A stretch of 64,000 nucleotides of DNA from an uncultured cyanobacterium. Lineage in GTDB: Bacteria > Cyanobacteriota > Cyanobacteriia > Cyanobacteriales > Nostocaceae. The notes below the pieces were generated by a model. That model had not been told where the DNA came from. It searched no databases and worked only from the letters and a program-made list of their open reading frames with translations. Made by a program: the position numbers and the translations under genes. This document shows positions 1-10,255 of this stretch, one piece after another. The DNA lies in assembly GCA_963706595.1 (NCBI GenBank), contig OY970166.1, positions 864,001 through 928,000 of the forward strand. The letters are read 5' to 3'. Every line of letters begins with the position of its first letter. Position 1 is the first letter of the stretch.

Positions 1-190
1 GACTGTAATCACAACTACTTATAGCTGGGGAGTAGGGAGTGAGGAGAAGAGGAAAAGGGGCAGGGGGCAGGGGAGAAGAATACTCGTCAGCATAAATATT
101 GTGGGGTGGGCTACTGGTCTCCCCAGAACAGGCATCTTGCCTGTTCCACAAGAGAAACGTGTGTTTCATAAATAAAATAGGAGTCCTATA

Positions 191-313
191 TAGGAATCCG
201 GTTTGATATCTAAATTTATTTGCGTAGGTAGGGAGTGGGGAGTGGGGAGTGGGGAGTAGGGAAAAAGAAATAATGTGTATGGAGTTTTATTCAAAAATCA
301 AATAGGAGTCCTA
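191..313. mobile_element. MITE-like element with imperfect terminal inverted repeats and internal GGGAGTG heptamers
   Basis: TAGGAATCCGGTTTGAT at the left end and ATCAAATAGGAGTCCTA at the right end, both flanked by TA runs; no ORF. Confidence 0.5.
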
Positions 314-599
314 TATATATCCAAAGTAATAAACTTAGTGAAAATAAAATAATACCTAAGTCTCAATAAGAACCCCATAAAGGTGTGAGGTTTTTATTGA
401 CTAACGGATAGAGAATGAAAAGGTGGAAAAAAATGCTATGGACATTCTCAAACTTTAACCATGCCATTATGTTCACTGTTGGAGATTATCTCATAAATCC
501 ACAAACAGGACACTAGGAAAAATTATTGCTGCCGGTCATCAATCGATTAATCATATCCCCAACCGGATTCTTATATAAGCTTTGAATGTTCAATAAAGT

Positions 600-848
600 A
601 TGATTGTTCACCAACTCAATAAATTTTATCTAGTTATATTTATGGTACAAGATATAATTTTTTGTTTAAAAGAAGCGACTTCCTATTATATATTTAAAAA
701 ATACTCTACACCCAGAAATGCTGCTGATTGTTTTGTTAATCCTCCCTGTGGTTGTGCAAATCCTGGCAAGGAACTCAAGTGTGAAAACTGTACTCATTTA
801 GAAGGTTGTTTATCTCACTTTAAACTCGGTCATAAACCAATGCCATAG
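600..848 (+). CDS. small hypothetical protein with Cys-rich C-terminus
   Basis: ORF track; CGC..CENC..CLSH motif; true start uncertain. Confidence 0.4.
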   Translation: MIVHQLNKFYLVIFMVQDIIFCLKEATSYYIFKKYSTPRNAADCFVNPPCGCANPGKELKCENCTHLEGCLSHFKLGHKPMP

Positions 849-1302
849 TAGCTCACCCCAACCCTCTCCTTAGTAAGGAGAGGGAGCCAGAAAGGGAGAT
901 TAAGGGAGGGCTAAACTGGCAGAATTTACATCGTGGTTGTGCAAATCCTGGCAAGGAACTCAAGTGTGAAAACTGTACTCATTTAGAAGGTTGTTTATCT
1001 CACTTTAAACTCGGTCATAAACCAATGCCATAGAACCTCACCCCAACCCTCTCCTTAGTAAGGAGAGGGAGCCGGAAAGGGAGATTAAGGGAGGGCTAAA
1101 CTGGCAGAATTTACATCGTGGTTGTGCAAATCCTGGCAAGGAACTCAAGTGTGAAAACTGTACTCATTTAGAAGCTTGTTTATCTCACTTTAAACTCAGT
1201 CATAAACCAATGCCATAGTACCTCACCCCAACCCTCTCCTTAGTAAGGAGAGGGAGCCGGAAAGGGAGACTAAGGGAGGGCTAAACTGGCAGAATTTACA
1301 TC
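748..1302. repeat. three tandem copies of a 185-bp unit
   Basis: GTGGTTGTGCAAATCC starts at 748, 933 and 1118; units nearly identical with a few substitutions. Confidence 0.97.
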
Positions 1303-2047
1303 TAAAAATAAGGTAGCTTGCGATTGTTGACGTAAAATTGATGCCGGGCAGTTTATGTTAATTGACCCTTGTAGGATCTGTTTTACTACCTGGGCTTTGC
1401 GTTTTTCTGGTGCTAGACAAATAATTTTTTTGGCTGCACAAATCAAGGGCAAAGTAACAGTAAAAGCGTACTGGGGAACATTATCAATATTAGGAAAATG
1501 ACCTGTGTTAACTTGTTGCTGGCGATTGACTTTATCTAGTTTTACCAGTTTGACGCTGTAAGCATCTTGGAAATTGGCTACTGCGGGGTCGTTAAAAGCC
1601 AAATGTCCGTTTTCACCCACACCAAGACAACATAAATCAATGGGTTGGGCTTGCAATAGTTTGGTGTAGCGATCGCACTCTGCAAGAGGTTGCAGCGCAT
1701 CACCTTGTATATAATGAAATTGTCGGGGAGAAACCCGCGTCTCTACACGTTCTCGCATATATCGCCGGAAACTGGCCGGATGGTCGGCTGTAATTCCTAA
1801 ATATTCATCTAAATGAAATAAGGTAATCCGCGACCAATCTACACCACCCAACTTGATTAAAGCATCAAGAAATTTGAGTTGGGAATTTCCTGTGGCTAAC
1901 AGTACCTGCTGCGGTTTCCTGTTGCTGGAGAACTTGCTGTAAATAATTTTGGGCGATTTCGGCAACTTTCTCTGCCATTTCAACTTCAGAGTTGTAAATC
2001 TGCACCAATAAATCATCAACGCGAAAAAAGTTTGTAGCGGCGAGCAT
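1270..2047 (-). pseudogene. nagB: glucosamine-6-phosphate deaminase, frameshifted near 1905
   Basis: LATGNS, FHLDEY and GENGHLAFNDP motifs; the N-terminus (MLAATNFFRVDDL..ETAA) is in another frame and joins VLLATGNS if one base is removed at 1905-1906. Confidence 0.8.
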
Positions 2048-2216
2048 TTGCTTACAGGGAATATTGACAATAATGCACTTATATCCTGTCTTTAGTATAG
2101 ATTTCCGAATTTAAGACAGTTTTATTCCTGTATTAACCCCAGTACAATGATTGAGGACAAAAAACCATGTAAACTATGTAAATTAAGTTAACAATTATTT
2201 ACGTTCACCAAAAACC

Positions 2217-2870
2217 ATGCTGGCTGCAATTCTCTTTGACTTAGACGGTACTATCGTCAATACTGACCCCATACACTACCAAGCTTGGCAGAAAATGCTG
2301 CTGAATTACGATATTCAAATTGATGATAAATTCTATAAATCTCGGATTAGTGGCCGAATAAACCCAGAAATTGTTAAAGATATTTTGCCACAATTATCAG
2401 TAGCTGAAGGTGAAAAGTTGGCCGATGAAAAAGAGGTGCTGTTCCGACAACTGTCCCCCAATCTTCAACCATTGAGTGGATTTGCCGAACTCATAGCATG
2501 GACAAAAACACATCAGCTAAAAAGAGCTTTGGTAACTAATGCTCCTAGACAAAATGCAAAATTCATGCTAGAAGTTTTAGGCATCACTGAAGTTTTTCAC
2601 ACAATTGTTTTAGCTGATGATTGTATAGCAGGTAAGCCCAATCCTGAACCTTATCAAGTGGCTTTGCAAAAATTGGGAATTGCCGCAGAACAAGCGATCG
2701 CTTTGGAAGATTCTCCCTCTGGCATTCAGGCCGCAGTCGGGGCTGGTATTCGTACCATTGGCATTGCTTCCACCCATGAACCGCTAGCCTTGCAGCAGGT
2801 TGGCACATTTATGGCCATTTCAGATTTTACTGATTTACAGTTGTGGAAATTTCTTAACTCTTTGATATAG
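2217..2870 (+). CDS. HAD-family phosphatase (beta-phosphoglucomutase-like)
   Basis: DLDGT, GKPNPEPY and EDSPSG motifs. Confidence 0.9.
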   Translation: MLAAILFDLDGTIVNTDPIHYQAWQKMLLNYDIQIDDKFYKSRISGRINPEIVKDILPQLSVAEGEKLADEKEVLFRQLSPNLQPLSGFAELIAWTKTHQLKRALVTNAPRQNAKFMLEVLGITEVFHTIVLADDCIAGKPNPEPYQVALQKLGIAAEQAIALEDSPSGIQAAVGAGIRTIGIASTHEPLALQQVGTFMAISDFTDLQLWKFLNSLI

Positions 2871-2875
2871 CCAGT

Positions 2876-3908
2876 TTAAAAAGTTTCTGGCGGGGCAATA
2901 TCTGTACCAAAACTATTAGACTTTAACCCTGGTTTCACATTGACTTCAGACGAATTGGATGATTGCGAAACAGACGAAGACGGGGAAATTACTATATCTG
3001 GATTCAGCACCCTGCCAGTCTTTGTTTGCTGAGAAATCAAGGATACCCCTCCCACAGCCCCTGCCACAAGGGCTGTATAGCCTACATACAAATGTATGGG
3101 ACGAATATCTATTCCTAATCCCCCAGAAGGCTTCGTAGAATTATACCAAGAAGGTAAAATTGATTGCACTGTATCGGCTGCTGGTAAAGAAGCGGCTAAA
3201 TTTGTGCCATTTAGTCCTAAAGTGTTGCCCATAACTCGAATAAATCCACGTAACAAAGTATCTTCTGGCAATAAATCGAAGTTGCTATTTTCGATTGCTT
3301 CCATCCGATAAATTGGAATATGAGTGTAAATATTAAGTTGGCACAGAGAAAAGGCCTTGAGACTGACGCGCTTGTTTAAGTTGTTCGCCAATTTGAGACA
3401 TGATTTCTCTACGTTGTGCAGCTAGGGTTTGTTTGGCTAGTTCAGCTTGGTAAGATTTTTTATTTGGCTTTAACCAGTTCATCAGTGCTGCACCTGGAGA
3501 GTTTATTTCCGTGCTTTTCTCTGAAGTTACAGTTGCTTTTGGTGCTGCGTCACCTTCGCTAATCTGTCTGGTGCTGGTTGACGCAGCTACTTTTATACTT
3601 GGGGAATCACTAGCTGTTTTGGCTTCAACACTTGATGAAACACTATTAGCCTCTCTAACTTTTTCTGGTTGTGCGAATTGCTGAAATGCCAAACTAATAG
3701 CTTCTCTACCCACAGCTTTCAACAAAACCTTGATTGGTTCTCCTGAAGCACCCAGCAAGGTTTGTAATGTAGCGATCGCACGAAGATAGACTTTACTGCT
3801 ATGAAGTTCAGCTTCAATTTCACCTAATAGCGATCGCAATTCATCTTGAGAAATTTTGATGCTAGGATTTCCAGGAATAGTAAACAAATACACAGGTGTC
3901 ATAGTCAT
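2876..3908 (-). pseudogene. RodZ-like (HTH_25) helix-turn-helix protein, frameshifted at 3349-3352
   Basis: IGEQLKQARQSQGL in one frame continues as SLCQLNIYTHIPIYRMEAIE..LPED..RGFIR in another; AGGAG RBS before ATG at 3908. Confidence 0.75.
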
Positions 3909-4181
3909 GGTTAAAGTTGCTCCTGATATACAAACAAAAAGTAGTTGATCTGTATGATTTGTCGCTTTATCGGCTTTAAAATCCGGATTAATCTGGATCA
4001 ATTATCTGGTCTTTTCGGAAAACTAGTAAAATTACGGTGTTATTAGTGAATTTACTGATGTTCTCATATTATTAAGATAAAAATTGCTGTTCAAGCCGAT
4101 ATTTGTTCTGCGATCGCCTCGTTCAAGTCCTGAGATTCATGGATAACAATGGATTAAAAGTAATTACTCCACAGAAAAGTT

Positions 4182-5060
4182 TTAATTTTTACCTCTAGTA
4201 AAGTTGTCAGTTCTCACTCGTTCCACAAAAGACTTGATCCATTGCACATACTCCTCACCAGCAACAGTAGCTGTATTATTATGGTCTGCGGCTGGGATCA
4301 AAAGCAGTTTTTTCGGTTCGGGCGCAGCGTGATAAAGCTTTTGGCTCATAAAAGATGGCACAGTTGTATCAGCAGTCCCATGAATAAATAACACTGGCAT
4401 TTTTAACTGCGGTACTTTTTTAATCGACTCAAAGCGCTGCGTCAAAATTAAATTGACTGGGAAAATCCGAAACAAGTTTCTGTAGTCCACCATATCCGCA
4501 ATCGAGGTAAAGGAACTTTCTACAATCAATGCGGCAGCTTCTGGGTGTTTGATAGCCAAATCAATCGCGATCGCTCCCCCCATAGAATGGCCATAAATAA
4601 AAATTCTGCCCGGCGGAATCTGCTGCTCTTGTACTAAGTAATTCCACGCGACAACTGCATCCTGATAAACCCGGTTTTCGCTAGGAAAGTCACCTTGACT
4701 GCGACCATACCCGCGATAATCAATCAGCAGCACAGAAAATCCTAGTTGATGAAGTCGATTAGCATGACCAACATTGGCGCTCACATTCATGGCGTTACCA
4801 TGCAGATACAGCAACACATCAGCATTTGGTTGCGGGGCTTTAATCCACCAACCATGAATAAGTTTCGCTTGACCATTGGCTGTTACAGGTAGCCATACAT
4901 CCTCGTATAGGAGATTAAAAAACTCTGGTGTTCTTTCAATGACGCTAGAGGGAAAGAAAATGAACCGAGGCTGCTTCACAAACAGAACTAGACAAATCGC
5001 AATGTAGGCAATGACAACAACGATTTCTACAGTTAGTAGCAGCTTGAAACACAATTGCAT
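4182..5060 (-). CDS. alpha/beta hydrolase
   Basis: HGN, DYRGYG, GHSMGG nucleophile elbow, HGTAD; N-terminal TM helix. Confidence 0.9.
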   Translation of the reverse strand: MQLCFKLLLTVEIVVVIAYIAICLVLFVKQPRFIFFPSSVIERTPEFFNLLYEDVWLPVTANGQAKLIHGWWIKAPQPNADVLLYLHGNAMNVSANVGHANRLHQLGFSVLLIDYRGYGRSQGDFPSENRVYQDAVVAWNYLVQEQQIPPGRIFIYGHSMGGAIAIDLAIKHPEAAALIVESSFTSIADMVDYRNLFRIFPVNLILTQRFESIKKVPQLKMPVLFIHGTADTTVPSFMSQKLYHAAPEPKKLLLIPAADHNNTATVAGEEYVQWIKSFVERVRTDNFTRGKN

Positions 5061-5268
5061 TGAAAACTGCGGTTTGTTTAAATTTAAGTCCTAAGATATA
5101 TATTTTAACAAATAGTTATGAATAAAATAAATTTTTGTTAAGAAAACGAGGTTAAGAACTTTCCCATTTAAATTAAATTTATATAAACATTTTTTATGGT
5201 AAAACTATTTACGTAATTAAGTGATTTTAGTTTACATAGTCAATATTAGTCATTACTAGGAGTAGGTT

Positions 5269-5879
<611 letters not shown>

Positions 5880-5938
5880 TTAAAACCCTTTTTGTGTCTA
5901 AGTTTGAGGCGTTGCTGAAACCAAGTATGAATTTAAAT

Positions 5939-5967
5939 GTAGAGACGTTCCATGGAACGTCTCTACA
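5939..5967. repeat. perfect palindrome TGTAGAGACGTTCCATGGAACGTCTCTACA-type REP, possible terminator
   Basis: inverted repeat between convergent genes; related palindrome at ~45316. Confidence 0.7.
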
Positions 5968-5995
5968 GGGGTTTTGACTAAAAATAACTCAGCAC

Positions 5996-7453
5996 TTATA
6001 TTTGTGGCTGATTCAGCAGCCAACTAGTGGATTGCTCATAAGCATAAGCTACCTGAAATAGTTGGTCTTCTCGCAGCACTTGACCAATTAGCTGTAATCC
6101 AATGGGTAATCCCTGTGCATCAAAGCCACAAGGGACACTTAAGCCGGGTAAACCTGCCAGATTTACGGGAATAGTCATCAAGTCATTTAAGTACATACTT
6201 AAAGGATCACTAATTTTTTCCCCGGCTTTAAATGCTGTGCTGGGAGCAGTAGGACAAACTAAAACATCGACCATCTTAAACGCTTTTTCAAAGTCTTGTT
6301 TAATCAGGGTGCGGATTTTTTGAGCTTTCAGATAGTATGCGTCATAATAGCCAGCCGAAAGGGCGTAAGTACCAATCATAATTCGGCGTTTAACTTCTGT
6401 ACCAAAACCAGTGGAACGGGTACGAGTGTACATAGATAGCAGATTATCTGCATCCTCAGCCCGGAATCCGTATTTTACACCGTCGTAACGAGCCAAATTT
6501 GCTGATGCTTCCGATGGTGCAATGATGTAGTAACTGGGTACGCCGTAGCGGAAATTGGGACAGGAAATAATATGAACCTCGGCTCCCAAACTTTGTAATT
6601 GAGCTATGGCTTTAGTTACAGCTTCTTCCACAACAGAGTCTAAACCATTCCCAAAGGTTTCTTTAATCACCCCAATTCGCAGCTTTCCTCTAGCTTTGAA
6701 ATCTGGTTTTAAGCTGGCGACGTAGTTGGGGATTTCCACTTTCAGGCTAGTAGAGTCTTTGGGATCGTAACCTGCGATCGCATTCAATACTATAGCGGTA
6801 TCTTCCACTGTGCGTCCCAATGGTCCAATTTGATCCAAAGATGAAGCATAAGCAATCAAACCATAGCGAGAAACCAGTCCATAAGTTGGTTTCATCCCCA
6901 CCACACCACAAAAAGCCGCAGGTTGTCGAATAGAACCCCCAGTATCAGTCCCCAGAGACACAACACATTCATTAGCCGCCACCGCCGCCGCCGAACCTCC
7001 AGAAGAACCACCGGGAACCCGTGATATGTCCCAAGGATTAGCTGTCATTTGGTAGGCAGAGTTTTCTGTAGAACTACCCATGCCAAATTCATCTAAATTG
7101 GTTTTGCCGATGATTATCGCCCCAGCATCAATCAATTTTTGGGTGACGGTTGATTCATAAGGCGGCACAAAATTTTCTAAAATTCGAGAAGCGCAAGTAG
7201 TTGGAATCCCCTGAGTACACAAATTATCTTTAATGCCAACTGGAATCCCCGCCAGTAGTCCGATTTCTTCACCAGCAGCGATTTTGGCATCCACAGCACG
7301 AGCCTGCTCTAATGCCTTCTCTGTCGTTACGTGTAAGAAACTGTGTAATTTCGGTTCTAATGCTTGAATACGGTCTAAAGCTTCTTGGGTAATTTCAACA
7401 GCAGAACATTCTTTTTTAATTAGTTGTTCGTGCAACTCGCGGATGGATGCCAT
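5996..7453 (-). CDS. gatA: Asp/Glu-tRNA amidotransferase subunit A
   Basis: amidase signature [41 protein letters not shown]. Confidence 0.97.
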   Translation of the reverse strand: MASIRELHEQLIKKECSAVEITQEALDRIQALEPKLHSFLHVTTEKALEQARAVDAKIAAGEEIGLLAGIPVGIKDNLCTQGIPTTCASRILENFVPPYESTVTQKLIDAGAIIIGKTNLDEFGMGSSTENSAYQMTANPWDISRVPGGSSGGSAAAVAANECVVSLGTDTGGSIRQPAAFCGVVGMKPTYGLVSRYGLIAYASSLDQIGPLGRTVEDTAIVLNAIAGYDPKDSTSLKVEIPNYVASLKPDFKARGKLRIGVIKETFGNGLDSVVEEAVTKAIAQLQSLGAEVHIISCPNFRYGVPSYYIIAPSEASANLARYDGVKYGFRAEDADNLLSMYTRTRSTGFGTEVKRRIMIGTYALSAGYYDAYYLKAQKIRTLIKQDFEKAFKMVDVLVCPTAPSTAFKAGEKISDPLSMYLNDLMTIPVNLAGLPGLSVPCGFDAQGLPIGLQLIGQVLREDQLFQVAYAYEQSTSWLLNQPQI

Positions 7454-7606
7454 GATTGCTCTCTTTATGACTCAAGTCATCGATTCTAGTACATTTTCCA
7501 GGGTAATGGGTATTGGGTCTGAGGGCTGAGAGAAACTCTTTAATCTGTCCGAAAAAATTTTGCTATTTTTCCGGAATTGTTTGGGCTGTGGTGGTATTAC
7601 TTATCA

Positions 7607-7697
7607 GTACGGCGATTTATACAGAACTTCTATAACTTTTCGGGGAACATATCCCCACCTCCTTGAACAAAAGCCCGGTTATTATGACCGGGTTTTT
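7607..7697 (+). ncRNA. candidate small RNA with intrinsic terminator
   Basis: GGGGA-ACATA-TCCCC hairpin, CACCTCCTT motif, then CCCGGTTA-TTA-TGACCGGG hairpin with a T-tract; TCCGGA at 7570-7575 upstream; 5' end inferred. Confidence 0.45.
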
Positions 7698-7777
7698 GTA
7701 TGGGATGCTTTCTCTAGACAGAAACATTACGCTCAAAGTATTGGCTAGATTAGCATTAACTATCTTAAATTCAGTTT

Positions 7778-8602
7778 ATGACTAATGTAACAGCCTCAGT
7801 TGAAGATTTAGTCCTAATTGCTGGTGCTACTGGTGGCGTAGGTCAACTTGTCACAGCTAACTTGCTAGAAAAGGGGATGAAAGTTCGTATCCTCACCCGC
7901 AACGCCGCCAAAGCCGCAAAAATGTTTAATCAAAAAGTAGAAATTGCAGTGGGTGATATTCGCGATATCAGCACACTGCCCCCAGCCATGCAGGATATTA
8001 ACTATATTATCTGTTGTACTGGGACTACTGCCTTTCCTTCTGAACGATGGGAATTTGAACCCAAACCCAACTTACTCGAATGGGGAAGAATTTTAATTGA
8101 TTCAGAATATCGCGATCGCACAGCGAAGAATAACCCCCCAAAAGTAGATGCGGAAGGAGTCAGCAACTTAGTATCAGTCGCACCTCCCCAGCTAAAACGC
8201 TTTGTTTTCGTCTCTTCAGTGGGAATTCACCGCAAAGACCAACCACCTTTTAATATTCTCAACGCCTTTGGTGTCCTTGATGCCAAAGAAAAAGGAGAGC
8301 AAGCCATCATCAACTCTGGAATACCCTATACAATTATTCGTCCAGGACGCTTAATTGATGGTCCTTACACATCCTACGACCTCAACACCTTACTCAAAGC
8401 CAAGACAGGCGGAAAGCAAGGCGTAGTAGTAGAAAATGGCGACCAATTAGCCGGAGATGCAAGCCGCATAGACGTAGCTGCTGCGTGTGTAGAGTCTATT
8501 TTTTACTCATCCACAGCCAACAAAGCCTTTAACTTAGTCAACAAAGGAGCAAGACCACCTGTCATACACTGGGAAACCCTTTTTTCCCAACTAACTAAAT
8601 AA
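7778..8602 (+). CDS. NAD(P)-binding Rossmann-fold protein (atypical SDR, NmrA/Tic62-like)
   Basis: GATGGVG, RPGRLID motifs. Confidence 0.88.
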   Translation: MTNVTASVEDLVLIAGATGGVGQLVTANLLEKGMKVRILTRNAAKAAKMFNQKVEIAVGDIRDISTLPPAMQDINYIICCTGTTAFPSERWEFEPKPNLLEWGRILIDSEYRDRTAKNNPPKVDAEGVSNLVSVAPPQLKRFVFVSSVGIHRKDQPPFNILNAFGVLDAKEKGEQAIINSGIPYTIIRPGRLIDGPYTSYDLNTLLKAKTGGKQGVVVENGDQLAGDASRIDVAAACVESIFYSSTANKAFNLVNKGARPPVIHWETLFSQLTK

Positions 8603-9015
8603 TTAGAAGTTGGTAGTGAGGACTTTAGTCCTCCTTTCTGCTCTAAATTCCTCATACATCCAACTGGGAAGAATATCATCCAATGGAAGTTGAAGAAGAG
8701 GCAAAAGCAGTGAATCAATTACTTGATTCATGCGATTGAAATCATGTCTTCTCATCTTAAATTAAAACCCTTTAATTTAGTGATAAATTATCCTAATATT
8801 AACACTCCTAACGACATATCCACCGCCACATCTCCCGTGCGAGTTAGGTCTAAATTTTTTTACAGAAAAATGATTATCAAAAAGTATATATAGCAATAGT
8901 TTCAGTCTATCTAGGTCCTGATTTAACCCTCTTGAGACTTTACCCAATATAGGGAAATTATCTCTAATTTTCTACTACAATTCTGTCATTACCATAACAT
9001 GAGGAGCCAACTTTA

Positions 9016-9258
9016 ATGAAGTCAGATAAAAAAATAATAATCGACGAACTCTCTGATTCGCGCTCGGTGTGGATTGAACTAACGGATGAAGAAAGCAAGA
9101 AGACAATTGGGGGTTTTCAAGAAAGTAAGAATAACTTGAGCCAGAGTTTAGTTGAGGTTGTAACAACTGCGGAAATTCAACTTTCTCATAAATGGGCTGC
9201 AACGCGACTTGGTGATATCGAATTTTCTATCACAATTAGCAACGAATATTCTCACTAA
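9016..9258 (+). CDS. small peptide with double-glycine-type leader (bacteriocin/RiPP precursor-like)
   Basis: GAGGAG RBS at 9001; WIELTDEESKKTIGG motif. Confidence 0.5.
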   Translation: MKSDKKIIIDELSDSRSVWIELTDEESKKTIGGFQESKNNLSQSLVEVVTTAEIQLSHKWAATRLGDIEFSITISNEYSH

Positions 9259-9336
9259 ACAGAGGACTTAGTTTTCTATTTTTACTTTTTGTAAGTAGGG
9301 GTTGCTGAAAATACAAGTAGGTTATATTACCAAGTT

Positions 9337-9465
9337 TTACCACATCACAAATTCACGTTGATTCCTATCAAAAAGTGCATCTACTGATATTTTTAATCTG
9401 TCAGCAGTTATCAACTCTGTTGCAAAAAATAATTCATCCTCATCACCAAATTTGCCCAAAATCAT
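9337..9465 (-). pseudogene. truncated clan AA aspartic protease-like fragment
   Basis: 42 aa MILGKFGDEDELFF..VDALFD then diverges before the expected DTG motif; ATGA overlap with the upstream gene. Confidence 0.5.
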
Positions 9466-9779
9466 ATCCTACCGCACGCCCCAGTTTCATTAATGCGGAA
9501 AATTTGCAGCCTCATATTCGGGTATTTTTGATGTGCTTTCTGTGCAACTACTAAGATATCTTCGTCAATAAAATATTCTCCACTTTCAGGTTCAACTGCC
9601 ATGTACCAGTTATGGTAAGTTTTGATTAATTCTGGTTGTATTTGAGCAAAAATTGACTGACAACGCTCTTTAAATGCTTGGCGTTCAGCTTTCCATTGGG
9701 CTTTCTGGTGTTCTGTCCACTGAATTTCTGGAAAAATTCTTCCCCGGTATACTGTACGCGTTGACTTGGCTTCAGTCAT
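9462..9779 (-). CDS. hypothetical protein of a common cyanobacterial family
   Basis: ORF track; NWYMAVEPESGEYFID..FRINETGACGRI. Confidence 0.75.
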   Translation of the reverse strand: MTEAKSTRTVYRGRIFPEIQWTEHQKAQWKAERQAFKERCQSIFAQIQPELIKTYHNWYMAVEPESGEYFIDEDILVVAQKAHQKYPNMRLQIFRINETGACGRI

Positions 9780-9965
9780 GGTTAATTATCTGTTGAATCC
9801 AATATCTATATTTTGCGGCATTTCTCATTTGGATGAGCGATCGCTATCAACTACCACGCAGCCTAATTTATACATAATTATTATGCTTGTTGCAGAACTA
9901 CCATGATTGTTCCGATTCGAGGGTATCTATCGGAAAACGCGCCGTTGGTGTGGTGGCTCAAGGTC

Positions 9966-10017
9966 TTGTCAAACATTACAATTAACGATACTATACGACT
10001 CTAACGACAAAAGCGAC
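9966..10017 (+). promoter_or_regulatory. sigma70-like promoter overlapped by four periodic direct repeats
   Basis: TTGTCA (9966) - 17 bp - TACTAT (9989); CGA cores at 9986, 9996, 10005, 10014. Confidence 0.6.
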
Positions 10018-10019
10018 AA

Positions 10020-10226
10020 ATGCTCGAAGATGTACAACACAACAATAATGAAGATGAAATCTCATTTCTGACAACTAATGAAGTGGCTAATCTTCTTCGT
10101 GTTCACCAAAGGACTGTACAACGATGGATATCATCAAATCGTCTTAAAGCTACAAAAATAGGACCAAGAGTTTGGCGGATTAAAAAACAAGATTTAGATG
10201 ATTTTATGGGAATTGACCACAATTAA
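10020..10226 (+). CDS. excisionase-family (HTH_17) DNA-binding protein, probable R-M regulator
   Basis: FLTTNEVANLLRVHQRTVQRWISSNRLKATKIGPRVWRI pattern; directly upstream of the methyltransferase. Confidence 0.85.
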   Translation: MLEDVQHNNNEDEISFLTTNEVANLLRVHQRTVQRWISSNRLKATKIGPRVWRIKKQDLDDFMGIDHN

Positions 10227-10255
10227 AATTAATTAAAGTAAAAATAGGAGTTAAA

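Noticed and set aside
748..1302. 185-bp repeats as a CRISPR array
   Set aside because: Units are contiguous with no unique spacers and contain gene ends
7560..7748. 62-aa ORF
   Set aside because: TTG start without RBS and runs through a terminator-like hairpin; better explained as non-coding
10020..10226. Prophage or ICE excisionase
   Set aside because: No integrase, att site or phage genes nearby; context is an R-M locus
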